Origin: Octopus sinensis
Lineage: Eukaryota
Direction: 5' to 3'
Length of the DNA: 64,000 nucleotides
Assembly: GCF_006345805.1 (NCBI RefSeq)
Contig: NC_043004.1
Location: 59,954,001 to 60,018,000, forward strand
This document shows, piece after piece, positions 1 through 13,079 of the stretch (positions within the stretch are counted from its first letter, which is position 1; each line of letters starts with the position of its first letter). The position numbers and the translations under genes are program-made. Under the pieces are notes generated by a model. The model saw only the letters and a list, made by a program, of their open reading frames with translations. It did no database searches and had not been told where the DNA came from.

Positions 1-1484
1 CTGTGAGGCATTGGCATCGTGTAAAATATGACGCTCCGTATCGAAATCTGTCTTGAGTAATTAAAAAGAAAACAAAAGAAAATCAAATACAACAATAAAA
101 AAATAAAAAAACATTTGACCACGATTTTCAAAACCGTAACTTTGTAAATGTCAGTCTGAGACAGAGAATACAGATTAAATATGTTGCAACACACGTTACA
201 CTAAGAATCCAGCTGAACAGAAAAGATTAGCTGTGAATGTATGTATTTATTTATATGTGTGTATTTATTTAGATGTGAATGTATGTATTTATTTATGTAT
301 ACATACATACATATATACATACATTATACATACAAGTATATATATGTACGTACGTACTCACATAAATACATACATACATATGTGTCTGTGCTTGTTTGCG
401 CATATTTGTATGTATATGTATGTGTATTTATGTGCGTGTGTGTGTATGTTTGTGTGTGTGCGTGTGTAAATTCATGGTTCACACAGACGTACATATAGTA
501 AATTTCTTCTAGAATTGAGAGCTTTGTATTGTTTTTCATTAATTCTCGTAAATCTACAACGGAAAGAAATAAGAAATGGTGATATAAGCACATATTTAGA
601 GGCACACATCTTTAGGCAAAGGCATGCCTATCTACCAGCATAGCTATATGGATAGATAAACCCGACACACCTACGCACATATCATAGTTCGGAAGTGGCA
701 GGCAAGCAATAGAAAAAGTGAAAAGTATCCATTCAGACATTAAGGATCCTCAACGCGAACACAGAAATATACGCCATCAATCAAATCACTGAAAGCGTAT
801 ACATACCGATGTATGTATACCTACAGAAATATACAAAAAACAAAAATGGTACCCACTACATCATAATCCATATATTTCAGGCCTTCTTCAGTCTTGTCAG
901 GACTAAACATCAACATGATCCTCAGGTATTCATATAAATTTTGACCTGTACACACAGTATTCTCCACCAGCAAAGAAGTTTCTTAGCTATACATAAAATT
1001 CTAATGACCCTCACAGCAGCATTGTATATTCTGGGGCGGAATTCTACAGCATGCCTTGTTGGGGACAAAATGGGAATAGAAAAGGCGCTAGTGAATATCG
1101 AAGGGGCATATGGTGTAACTTATTCGTACGACGGATAGAAACCTATCATCGTAAATAGTCTCGAAGAAAAAAATATCTCGAAAATAATTTCTCCTGTGGT
1201 TACAGGAATTTATTCCTATTCATACACTACGTAGGGATCGTTGGGAATAAATCGATTGAATCTAATGGCAACACAGTGGCATTTGACACCACTGTTTGCT
1301 TAGTTTAAACATAGAGTTCGAAATGTCTCAAACATACACTAAAATCCATTCTACTAAATTATATATTCTTTCAAAATATAAACCTATGCACATATATATA
1401 TATATATATATATATATCTACATATAAACAAACAAACATATACATATACATACATACACATATATATATATGTATATATATAAT

Positions 1485-1655
1485 ACAAAAAGTGACAACA
1501 AAACATCCAGATAGACGATACAAAAAAACAAGGACGGGTCATTGGAAGCTTTTTATCCTCAGTCAAGAAACGGATCATCCTCGCAATTTGGGCTGATTAA
1601 TCTTGATATTGCTCCAATCTGGCCAGCCCCGAGGAAAAACTAAGCTAAGAGCTTT
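1485..1655 (-). repeat. Interspersed repeat fragment (family F), second copy at ~59940-60165 (+)
   Basis: Reverse complement aligns by eye with 59940-60165 (GCTCTTAGCTTAG...CTTGACTGAGGA...GTATCGTCTATCTGGATGTTTTGTTGTC). Confidence 0.7.
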
Positions 1656-2058
1656 AGTTGGATTTCGTATTAGATATCTATTAGGTACAACATATATTTG
1701 GACCCATCAGTCTGGGTCTCCTACTACTTTCGCTTTCCTCTAAGCAGTTATGAGAGCGAAAGATGATTACGTCAATATTATCGAAACTGGAACGCAAGAT
1801 TTCCACGTTCATACTTCAACTTTTTACTTTTCAATAATTTTATTTACTTTTATTCATTCCCTAACTTGATGGGTCATATAACAAAGCCAGCCAATAAAAC
1901 TGGCTAATGTGACTTCTGTACCGAAGATACCCATACGTTGTACCCATTAAAAGTGTAATACGTAATCCATCTTCTATTATTAATTAATACTATTACCCTA
2001 ACTGCCACTGCGGAGTTCCTGAATCAGATCCAACGGACGTGTACCACAACTGTGGATA

Positions 2059-2257
2059 GCCGGGCGAAATGCTTTGTGTTATTTCGTCCGCTGTTGCGTC
2101 CTGAGTTCAAATTCCGCCGAGGTCGACTTTGCCTTTCATCATTTCGGGGTCGATAAATTAAGTACCAGTTACGCACTGGGGTCGATGTAATCGACTTAAT
2201 CTGTTTGTCTGTCCTTGTTTGTCCCCTCTATGTTCAGCCCCTTTTGGGCAAAAAAAA
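2059..2257 (+). mobile_element. tRNA-derived SINE family A (Meta-domain-like), 5'-truncated
   Basis: B-box GAGTTCAAATTCC, then GGTCGACTTTGCCTTTCATC..GGGGTCGATAAATTAAGTACCAG; matches the fuller copies at 18549, 51540 and 57561. Confidence 0.85.
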
Positions 2258-2359
2258 GGTAGCCTAACCTATGTCGGTGCTTTACTCAACATTTCGACAC
2301 ACTAATCGAATTATAGTCTTTGTCCAAATTATTTATATATAATATATATAATATTATAT

Positions 2360-2440
<81 letters not shown>

Positions 2441-2753
2441 TGTGTGTGGTGTTTGGTTTATAAATGTATGTATGCAAGCAAATATACATATGCTTGAGTG
2501 GGAATTTATGCGTACATGTTTACGTATGCTTTATGCATATATGTATGTGTGTATGTAAATATGTGCGTATGTGCACAAATACATATATACAAAAGTACGC
2601 AGACACCCATATATACACATAAGTACACAGAATATACGTAATGTAATATTAACACGCATTTATATAGAGATATAACACTTTTCACGTCATTTGTTGGCCT
2701 CTACTTAAACAGTTATGAACACATATGGGTCTGATCAACACTTGTAATATATA

Positions 2754-2794
<41 letters not shown>

Positions 2795-2800
<6 letters not shown>

Positions 2801-2990
2801 TCCCTTCGTACGCGGAATAGATGAAGCAGGGACAACTGATGAAGGGGAATATTCTTTATGTTGCATGTCTCGTTTCTCTGTTCGCTTTTTTTTCGTTGTC
2901 CGAAAAAAAGTTCGTTTTCCATGTTTTTGTTTTTATGTTTTCGTTTCTCATTGTGTTCAATGTGTTTCTTTGACGTCCTGTACCCATATG
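2795..2990 (+). repeat. (TA)n-flanked interspersed repeat (family E), related to ~59760-59915
   Basis: Both copies have (C/A)TGATGAAGGG..TTCTTT, a T-rich tract and TGACGTCCTGT at the 3' end. Confidence 0.5.
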
Positions 2991-3059
2991 TGCATGTATA
3001 TATACATATATATGTATGTATGTACATATATGTATGTATATGCATATTTATTATATAAA

Positions 3060-3108
<49 letters not shown>

Positions 3109-3161
3109 CATATATTTATATATTATTTATTATATATATATATATATATAACAGATATATA

Positions 3162-3430
3162 TTCATCATTCTCATTGTTCGACCGTGGTCGAGACAATGG
3201 AATTTACCATGTTGCGCCAGACTTCACGGTCCATCATAGCATTACGGAGGTCCTGTTGCTGGATGCCTGTATCCCTGGAGATTACATCAGGGTAGGAGAG
3301 TGTGCGCCCTCTGGTGTTGCGAGTAGATGGCTTCCAGAGGAGAAGAGAAGAAATTACTTCTTTTTCAGCTCTACAACAATGTCCAGCAAACTGGACTCTC
3401 CTACCCTTCACAAGAGATGACACAGGTGGT
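3162..3430 (-). pseudogene. RTE-clade LINE, 3'-terminal fragment (C-terminus of ORF)
   Basis: Translation RRVQFAGHCCR...LLWKP...RGR...DL..AMMDREVWRNMV resembles the conserved RTE C-terminus, followed by a short repeat tail into (TA)n. Confidence 0.75.
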
Positions 3431-3528
3431 AATTTCCCATATATTTGCATTTTAGTTGGGTGGCGCCTCCACGAGAGATATATATATATCAATCTCACTA
3501 TCTATCTATCTACCAGTATGTATATATA

Positions 3529-3566
<38 letters not shown>

Positions 3567-4086
3567 TATATATATATATAATATATATATATATAATATA
3601 TATATATATAATATATATATATATAGAGAGAGAGAGAGAATATACATAGTACATATATAAATGTATATACATTGTAAGTATCATGACGTTATTTTACGAG
3701 AGTTACGTCGGACATTAGCAGAAGATACCGTTTCTTTTCAGCTAAAGAGTCAAGCACATGTAACAGACAACTGGAAGCTTGTATTAGATTGATACTATTG
3801 CATTTGATCTGAGATTCCAGTACCTTTCCTCGTGGGGTTGATTTACTCATGGAACGCCAGTCCATTATCTATTGCAATACATTGCTACTCTGATGTAATA
3901 AGGAACCGTAATATTTGGTAGTTTTACCTTCTGGTAGTGATTAATTTAAAAACGAAATAAGATTGGGTCGCGTGAATTTACTTCCTAGTCAATTTCCGCA
4001 TAACATCACGAAAGGAAGACGTTGTGTTCTCTTATCCTCTCTGTGTGTTTTTCTTTCCCTCTCTCTTTCTCTTACTATCTCACTAA

Positions 4087-4124
<38 letters not shown>

Positions 4125-4198
4125 ATATATGTATGTTTATATTTTTATATATATATGTATGTTTATATTTACATATATATACACATATATATACATAT

Positions 4199-4199
4199 T

Positions 4200-4232
<33 letters not shown>

Positions 4233-4378
4233 TGAGATTTATATATATATATACACACGCACACATATATATATATGTTTATATGTATATATGTATATGT
4301 ATATATATATAGAGAGAGAGAGAAAGAGAGAGAGACAGATAGACAGACAGATAGATACATAGACAGATAGATAGATAA

Positions 4379-4455
<77 letters not shown>

Positions 4456-4484
4456 CAGATAGATAGATAATAGATAGATAGATA

Positions 4485-4581
<97 letters not shown>
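4199..4581. repeat. Compound (GATA)n/(TA)n/(GA)n microsatellite
   Basis: Directly visible. Confidence 0.95.
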
Positions 4582-6123
4582 TCAAACTAATATCATGCTG
4601 GAACAGATTTCTAAAGTAATAGGGGAGGTGTCATTAAACATTTGGCATTTCCCGGATTTAAGAATTAATATTGTTTTTTCTAACATTTCAGCCCTATGAA
4701 GACAAATATTTTAGAACACACTAAGGGAAGTACATATGACTATACGAACATGCGTCTATGGAAGAAGAAGCCAAGAATTTCTTTTTCTTCCACATATCTA
4801 CCTTTAAATATTTTTTCCCGTTACATTAACTTGAAATTGAAATTGCTTTCATGACATAACCTAGACCATTATTTGGATGTGAAATAATGTATTTTGTTAT
4901 TTTCTGCTGCATTTTCTGATACCTACTTCATCATCTTCATCACGTGGTAATATGACTTAATATTTTATTGAATATTGCAATTTGCTAACAATAAGATAAA
5001 ATGGCATAGCTGCCGTTAATAAATTATCACCATGTTCTAAACCAAACACTTCCCTTTAAATATTCAGAATAAATAATTAGAAAATATTGTCACAACTAAA
5101 TGGAAACAGCATAAGATAGAATGCTACTTCATACGCATATACATACATACATAGATACATAGACGCATACATACATACATACATACATACATACATACAT
5201 ACATACATACATACATACATACATAATAAATAGATACATAGACACATACATACATACATACATAGGCTCATACATACATACATAGGCTCATACATACATA
5301 CATACATACACTGGGGCACTTCAATCTGCATGAGGTATTGTTCACTCGCAATGGCGATACATTTGGATTCGCACTTCAAAGCGGTGTTTGAATAACGAAG
5401 ACAAAAACAGTCGTTGCTCAAGGGAATTCTTCTCCTTTACATACTAAATTATACTGAATCCTAGAAAAGCAGGACAAAGATCTCTACCTCAAGGAATACG
5501 CATCTAATTGAATATTTGAATATTTGAATAAAAATACCAACTAATATCATAAAACTAATTTTATCATTTCAATAAAAACATATGATGTAAAATGCGAAGA
5601 AAATAAGTTAATTATCGATCCTGATGTATATTCTCCTTAATATATTTAATCAAACAGGTTAGAGTATAAATCATTCTGCTACCAATTCCTGTCTTCAAAG
5701 GTGGTATGAGAGTCACCGGGAGAATAATTCATTCCGTTAGTTCGGTCTAAACAACTGTACTGAGAAATAGTTGCATTAAACATTCTCATAAATATAAGAA
5801 TTTCTTTGTTTGGAAAATAAATTTATTTGCCGTTATATTTTCGCGTATATAAGGACATAAGCATATTTACACATGCATATATATGCACAAATGCACATGA
5901 ATGCACACACATGCACACAAACATATCTCTGCATATGCATGTGCATGTATATATGTGTGTTTAATGTATGTATTACGCGTGTATATGTACATGTATGTGT
6001 ATGAGTGTAAGTATATATATGTATAAATGTGTATATATTTACATGTGTGTGTGCGCGTGTACCTATAAATATATATATATATGTAGAGAGAGAGAGTGAG
6101 AGAGTGACAGATAGGTAGGTAGT

Positions 6124-6237
<114 letters not shown>

Positions 6238-6294
6238 GGATAGATAGATGATAGATAGATAGATAGATAGATAGATGGATAGATAGATTGATAG

Positions 6295-6325
<31 letters not shown>

Positions 6326-6824
6326 GATTGATACATACGCATACACATAGGAGCACGCGCATGCATATGAATCCCCGCACACTTACGAAACCGCGCGCGC
6401 GCATACGAACACGCAAATTCTTCCATATACGGATAATAGAAGATACTGATGAAGTATTTTATGGAGAGGTTTGTAAACATGTTAAATGAAGTTTACACTG
6501 ACAGTGATTAATATTCAAGAATATAATTAAGTCTTGGGTTTTCGCTTTCTATCCATGATCAATGCACACTGCACACACGTTGGTGTATGGAATAACAGTT
6601 TGCATACATGGAGATATACCTGCATACTTACAGATATACACATATGCATAGAAATCTATATTTACACGTATGTAATTGTATATGCTAGCTGGGCCCGTGA
6701 AAGCTTCACGGAAAACGTTTAAAATGTAAGCATCTGTGAATTGTGTCTTTGTTTAATAACTATCGATATTTATGTATAAGCAGGACCCTGGGAAATTCTA
6801 CGAAATACAAAAAATGTAAACATC

Positions 6825-7248
6825 GGCGTAGGAGTGGCTGTGTGGTAAGTAGCTTGCTTACCAACCACATAGTTCCGGGTTCAGTCCCACTGCGTAGCAT
6901 CTTGGGCAAGTGTCTTCTACTATAGCCTCGGGCCGACCAAAACATTGTGAGTGGATTTGGTAGACGGAAACTGAAAGAAGCCCGTTGTATATATGTATAT
7001 ATATATATGTGTGTGTGTGTGTGTACGTTTGTGTGTCTGCGTTTGTCTCCCTAGCATTGCTTGACAACCGATGCTGGTGTGTTTAGGTAGCCGTCACTAG
7101 CGGTTCGGCAAAAAAAGAACCGATAGAATAAGTACTGGGCTTACAAAGAATAAGTCCCGGGGTCGATTTGCTCGACTAAAGGTGGTGGTCCAGCATGGCC
7201 GCAGTCAAATGACTGAACCAAGTAAGAGAGTAAAAGAGTAAAAGAGTA
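6825..7248 (+). mobile_element. tRNA-derived SINE family B, full length, with internal (TA)(TG) microsatellite and (AAAGAGTA) tail
   Basis: Head TGGCTGTGTGGTAAG...GGGTTCAGTCCC (A/B boxes) and CTTGGGCAAGT; nearly identical copies at 20841, 27152, 30395 and 38954. Confidence 0.9.
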
Positions 7249-7582
7249 TCTTTAAAAGTAACATCTACTTACAGTGTAGAAAAGTAAAATTATATCCAAT
7301 ATTGGCTTAGGACCCAGTATATAGAACACGGTAATTAATTATATTGTAGGAAAGTATAAGTAATATTCAGTATTTGCTGTGGTTATGTATCTGTCTACTC
7401 TTTAAATAATGATAAATTTTGAAAAACTTCGAAACAAATGCCACATTCCTTTCAGTCACTACATACACACACACTCTCTCTCTCACTCATTCCCTTTCCC
7501 TCTCAATCCCTCTTTGTCTCTCCTCTTTCTCGCTCAGCCAGTCACTTCAGCTATGCCTCCCCAACTTAATACATTTTATACC

Positions 7583-7747
7583 TATTTCTTTACTACCCAC
7601 AAGGGGCTAAACACAGATCGGACAAACAAGGACAGACAAAGGGATTAAGTCAATTACACAGACTCCAGTGCGTAACTGGTACTTATTTGATGGACCCCGA
7701 AAGGATGAAAGGCAAAGTCGACCTCGGCGGAATTTGAACTCAGAAAG
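7583..7747 (-). mobile_element. SINE family A, 5'-truncated, with 13-bp TSD
   Basis: Direct repeat TACATTTTATACC at 7570-7582 and 7748-7760 flanks the copy. Confidence 0.88.
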
Positions 7748-8391
7748 TACATTTTATACCACCTTTTGATCCTACCCCTCCCTTCAACTGTAGAAGATTA
7801 ACTGTAACATCCACAGCTATTTACTGAGAGAGACAGACTGAGGAAAAGAGAGAAAGAGAGAGAGGGAGAGAGAGAGGCAGGCAAATAGAATAACTGTCAA
7901 GCAGATAGATAGATAGCTTTACCGTATATCGTCGTGAAGGAAATGTTTTCTAGCATTTTCTGTATGAGAATCTTTCATTCTTTTCCACTCTTATTCTCAA
8001 TCCACTCCCCTACTTCACTCAATCTATCTCTCTAAATCTCTCTCTTTCTTCCTTCCTCCCACCTCCCCACTGTATGTCTCCTTCCCTCTAAACGCGTTAT
8101 ATTTCTCTTGCCTCTCAACGCTGTCAATCTCCCACTTCTCTCTCTCTCTCTCTCATTCCTTCCTACTTCCTCCTCTGTGCCGCTTTAACTCCCTCTTTAA
8201 CTATACTTCCACTTCTTCTGTCCCTCTCTTCTCTCCTTTGAAGTAAGTGTGACACACACAACAGGTACGTACAAAAAATAAACTTAGCGTATTAATATTA
8301 TATATATATATATTAGATATTGAATATTTTGAAATATAATACACACACCCACCCACACATCTGCACATATACACCCATATATATATGTACA

Positions 8392-8448
<57 letters not shown>

Positions 8449-8496
8449 AACAAGTCAAAAATAGAAAATGCTAAGATGATTTTATAGTGAATCTTT

Positions 8497-8534
8497 CAGT
8501 ACCGGTTTCGGTCATTTTGAGACCTTTTCAACTG
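8497..8534 (-). ncRNA. Minimal hammerhead ribozyme, U3-A8 core variant
   Basis: Minus strand CAG-TTGAAAA-GGTC-TCAAAAT-GACC-GAAA-CCG-GTA-CTG: stem I CAG/CTG, stem II GGTC/GACC, palindromic stem III ACCGGT, GUA site. Confidence 0.75.
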
Positions 8535-9077
8535 TAACGATTAAATAATTAAATTTTGAAAAATTTAGAAAAATTAGAAGAAAGGTTTTTTTAAAGGAAT
8601 ACTTCCATAGTAGTGTTCAGATATATGTGGCATTCTGCCTTTCTCTGACTCCCTTGTTTGCACTTGTGTATTCGAGGTCGTTGTGAGTTCTTGAGGGGGT
8701 GGGAGTGGGAAAATCTGGGCTGGTCAGTGGCGACCGGCAGTCGCTGCGTAGGCGTTATACTTAAAGACATTAGTGGGGGTAGAAGGTGGAGAAGTAGAAG
8801 AAGAAGAAGAAGATGACGGTGCCGATGATGATGACGATGAAGAAGAAGAAGGAGAAGGAGAAGATGACGATGATGATGGTGGTGATGACGATGACGACGA
8901 TGATGATGATAACGATGATGATGAAGAAGAAGAAGAAGAGGGAGCAAAAGAAAAAAAACAGAGAAGGGAGAATGAATGGGTGAAGATATAGCTGTTTTGG
9001 GGCGATTAGTAATGGATTCTATGGAATGTAATATTTGTGTTGTATATATATTTCTTTTATTCTTAAGTTGAGCTATA

Positions 9078-9470
9078 TTAATTGTTTGTCGTAGACCCGT
9101 TAAGAAGTGGCCTGTATTTTATAATAAAGAGATTTTCTTTACTTATTCGTTGTCTCGAGGTTGTATCGTCCCTAAATTGGTAGAGGGGAAAATTCTGAAG
9201 TTTGGTGTTTTTTTGTTGGCGCAAGTATCTATGTGTTGGCTAAAAGCTATTTTTCTGTTTTGGGGAATTTTTATCTGGGATCTGTGCAGGGCCATTCGTT
9301 TACGCAAACCATTTATGTACTGCTCTTGACACCCGGAGCAGGTTAGTGAGTATATTAGGTTCTCCGAAGCACATGTGAAGTTGCTTTTCACTGTAAACCG
9401 TTGTCCCTGTTTGAAGGAGAACTCAGAACCCTCGATTAGATAGTCGCATATCCCGCAATTGGGTCTTCCA

Positions 9471-9476
<6 letters not shown>
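9078..9476 (-). pseudogene. GIY-YIG endonuclease domain of a Penelope-like element (disrupted)
   Basis: CGIC...FTCASENLIYSLTCSGCQEQYI(deletion)NGLRKRMALH...SQH, then after a frameshift KENLFIIKYRPLLN; the Cys-rich GIY-YIG pattern and E..FI....P.LN end are typical of PLEs. Confidence 0.85.
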
Positions 9477-9554
<78 letters not shown>

Positions 9555-9593
9555 ACATACACACATATATATAAATACATTAATGCATACATA

Positions 9594-9909
9594 ACCAAGA
9601 AAAAGGCAACAAGAATGGATTAGCAGTCTAGTACAATAGTTTCATACCAAGAACAATTTTATTTAAAGCTGCAAGTATTGCAGCAAATACAAATGTCCAG
9701 TATTCATCAGCTGCAATACTTGCAGCTTTAAATAAAATTGTTCTTGGTATGAAACAATTGTACTAGACTACTAATCCATTCTTGTTGCTTTTTTCTTGGT
9801 TATAATCACTCCACATTATTTTATGGTTAATACCATAAACAATTCTGGTGCATCTAAGTTAAGTACCATATTCATTTGAATTCATTGGAATTCACTTGAA
9901 TCTTAATTG
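9594..9909. mobile_element. TSD-flanked fold-back insertion derived from an HHR-bearing element
   Basis: 14-bp direct repeats TTAATGCATACATA (9580-9593, 9910-9923); 94-bp inverted arms (9591-9684 and 9710-9803, 3 mismatches); CTGATGA...GAAAC...GTA on the minus strand. Confidence 0.8.
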
Positions 9910-10227
9910 TTAATGCATACATATGTAGGTCATTGGATTCAAGTGATAAATGTTTGTACAATACTTTTGATGGTCTCTTGGTCAATTTTCGAGGTTCGAG
10001 TGACAAACATTGCTAAGTTTTATGTTAAAGTATTTTTCATTAGAAAAGCTGTTTTCCCAACGGCTTTTTCAAAAGTAACCGAGGCTTCCGCTGACCCTGG
10101 GAGACGAATGCATAAGTACGTAGAAGCTTTTACATTTAAAACATACAGTTACCGAGTCCTCTACGATTGCTATTTGTCATATAAAAGCCGTAATTTAATA
10201 ACAACATACGCTAAAGAAGCAAATATA

Positions 10228-10240
10228 ACTACTACTACTT

Positions 10241-10293
<53 letters not shown>

Positions 10294-10382
10294 ACTACTA
10301 CTACTACTACCACTACTACTACTGCTGTTGCTGCTGCTGCTACTGCTGTTGCTGCTACTACTACTACTACTACTACTACTAT

Positions 10383-10428
<46 letters not shown>

Positions 10429-10489
10429 ACTACTACTACTACCACTACTACTACTGCTGTTGCTGCTGCTACTGCTGTTGCTGCTGCTG

Positions 10490-10531
<42 letters not shown>

Positions 10532-10538
10532 TTACTAC

Positions 10539-10573
<35 letters not shown>

Positions 10574-10606
10574 GTGCTGCTGCTGTTGCTGCTACTACTA
10601 CTAGTA
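10228..10606. repeat. Compound (ACT)n/(GCT)n trinucleotide array with higher-order duplication
   Basis: Directly visible; explains the poly-T/A/L/V ORFs. Confidence 0.95.
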
Positions 10607-11352
10607 CACTACATTCGATGCAGCGGGCATTATAAAGAAGCCAACAACGAGCAACATTTGAATTTTATATGATAAATATGAGAACTTCCAGAACTGGTCC
10701 TATAAAATATTAAATTAATTTATTCACTTTCATTTCCCTTTGCCTTTTCATTTTGCATGATTATATCATCTAAAAAACGGCCGAAATGTTCCTTTTTCTG
10801 TCTATGAAAAAAATTCTCAGAGCATCTTCTCCGTCTTATATATGTCTCGGTATGAATATATGTATTTCTGTTTTATTTTATTGTTTTCATAAATTTGCCT
10901 GAAGAATGAATTGCATCAGAGTCAAAAGAGTTCCCCATTACAGTGTGCTTCTTTATCACCATTTTCAGTTGAATATTCTAATTCATGTACGACCAATAAC
11001 TTCCGCTCTCACTAAATTTCTACCTCCCGTTTTTGTCGCTCACTTTTTGCTTTCCTTTGTCTTCACCATCAGTAAATTTATACTTTTTCTTTTCTTCGAT
11101 AACATCATTTGTCACAACATTCGATTTTACATTTACTGTAATCAACTGAACAAAGCACGAGATATGTGTTAAGTTCTGAAGTTAGTATTAATTGGCTTGC
11201 AGTAAACAAGGGATTGTCTATAAGCCTCTCCAAGCGCTGGAAAAATAGACGCCAATAGACACTATTATCACCTAAAAATATCTAGAATAAAACAGTGGGC
11301 TGTAGTCAGGCAAAAGAAAGATAATTAATCCCAGTTACGAAAAACACATTTT

Positions 11353-11877
11353 ATATGGTATGAAGGAAAGAATGTTGTAAATCTATTAGATTTAACGATT
11401 CCTCATGGAGATAACATGGACGCCGATCGGGCTCGAAAGATTGACCGTTATGTAAACCTCCTCGAGGAATGTGAAGACGAAGGCAAGAAAGCGGAGCATT
11501 TTCCAATCAAAATTGGATGTAGAGGGTGCGTTGGACACATTGTGAGACAATTGTTGATATCGTTAGGCCTAACTCATCGTAAGGTAAATACCACCTTGAT
11601 CGATATCATAACTACAGTGAAGAAGGCTAGCCACTAGATTTGGTTAAAAAGAGACGATGAGCGATGGCTAGAGAAATATTGATTTATATTTGATAACCAG
11701 TTGATCTAGCAAGCAGAGCCTCACATCAGTGATGGGGTTGTGGTGCGCATTGATGCCGTCCAGAAGTAGGTCCCGAAACGGCGCGCATTCTCTCTTGATG
11801 ACCCCATACACTAGCTGGCTTCCGGTATGCAGATTTCGCGACTGGTAGCACCTGCATGTGTTTGCAAGACAACAACG
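11353..11877 (+). pseudogene. HERO-like non-LTR retrotransposon 3' fragment (restriction-like endonuclease and 3' UTR)
   Basis: IWYEGKNVVNLLDLTIPHGDNMDADRARKIDRYVNLLEEC...PIKIGCRG...KASH*IWLKR matches the RLE pattern ELTVPWE.N...A..RK..KY..L...C...EVG.RG and the ASxW.W.KR end. Confidence 0.7.
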
Positions 11878-12004
11878 ATTAGTTAATCGTGTACAAGATC
11901 CTATTGCAAGCTTAAAGTAAAAAAAAATGTATTACTACTCTCATCAGCAACGATATTCCATAGTATAAATTTACGAGTACCCACACGTACGCATGCATTT
12001 ATAT

Positions 12005-12228
<224 letters not shown>

Positions 12229-12668
12229 GTAACCTAATAATGTACGGAACTTAATCTTCCGTATTTAATTATGCATATTCACTATTTCACATTTATTGTT
12301 AAAAAAAAATAATAGATTTTCTAATGTGTATATTGATATTAAGATACTTGTGTAATTAAATAGTTGATTTCGTTTACAGTGAAAAAGAAAAAGAACTTAA
12401 GATGTTATTAGTTAGAGTTAAGGAAACACCAAAATTCCTGAATGATGTCCGCTCATGAGAAATATTCATCTTAGTGACCGGAATGTAATTACATTCATTA
12501 TATTTGTCATGTTTCTCTTTCTGTATTTATTAATGTTTTCATTTGTTTATATATTTAATAACGTATATATTTATGTCCCTTCTTTTGTATTCGACTAATG
12601 ATTTTTACTCAACGTGACATTGATTTTCCTATACTCCTAAAAATAAATTTGTTCGCTTAAGACACACG

Positions 12669-12729
<61 letters not shown>

Positions 12730-12775
12730 TATATGGGTGCATGCATGAGCATACATATCTCTGTATGTAAGTAAT

Positions 12776-13079
12776 ATATAAATACAGTGTACTTTTAAAC
12801 ACATAAGTGGTATCCATCATAGGACTCCTTTCATGCCAGAAGGAACAGCTAAAGACCAAGCCACCACTAGGAAAAAAAAACTCGAAGGGAAGGAAAAATA
12901 TAAACACCTACCATCCATCTTCTGGACCATGGTATCAGACTTTTCTTAGCAAATAAAACAATTTCCTAGGCGAAGTTTTTGTCCCTAGTGGAGGTTTGGA
13001 CTTTGGGTGTTCCTTCTGGCGTGAAGGGAGTCTTTTGACGGATACTTCTTGTGTGTTTATATGTACACTGTATTTATAT
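12776..13079 (+). other. Long imperfect inverted repeat (~95-bp arms, ~110-bp spacer)
   Basis: 12776-12871 pairs with 12984-13079; about 15 non-Watson-Crick positions, about half of them G-U on the + strand. Confidence 0.85.

Larger units (their letters stand above)
8445..9476 (-). mobile_element. Penelope-like retroelement, 5'-truncated (GIY-YIG end, 3' UTR with TCT/TCA repeats, HHR-bearing pLTR), flanked by (TA)n
   Basis: GIY-YIG remnant at 9078-9476 and hammerhead motif at 8497-8534 lie on the same strand, with (TA)n on both sides. Confidence 0.8.

Noticed and set aside
233-605. ORFs rich in Y/I/C/V/H/T here and throughout the window
   Set aside because: Translations of (TA)n, (CA)n and (GATA)n microsatellites; no protein-like complexity.
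865-895. Minus-strand CTGAAGA-AGGCCT-GAAA hammerhead-like core
   Set aside because: Stem II has no loop, and no stem I or NUH site can be formed; at best a deleted relic.
7836-7860. CTGAGGA...GAAA
   Set aside because: Chance match in a GA-rich tract with no stems.
8591-8991. Acidic (D/E) and poly-H/L ORFs
   Set aside because: (GAT/GAA)n repeat within the PLE 3' UTR.
9907-10672. 242-aa Thr/Ala-rich mucin-like ORF
   Set aside because: Produced by a stop-free (ACT/GCT)n array, with a non-ATG start and no recognisable domain.
11770-11805. GAAAC...TTGATGA in the HERO-like 3' UTR as a permuted hammerhead
   Set aside because: Consistent stems could not be built by eye.
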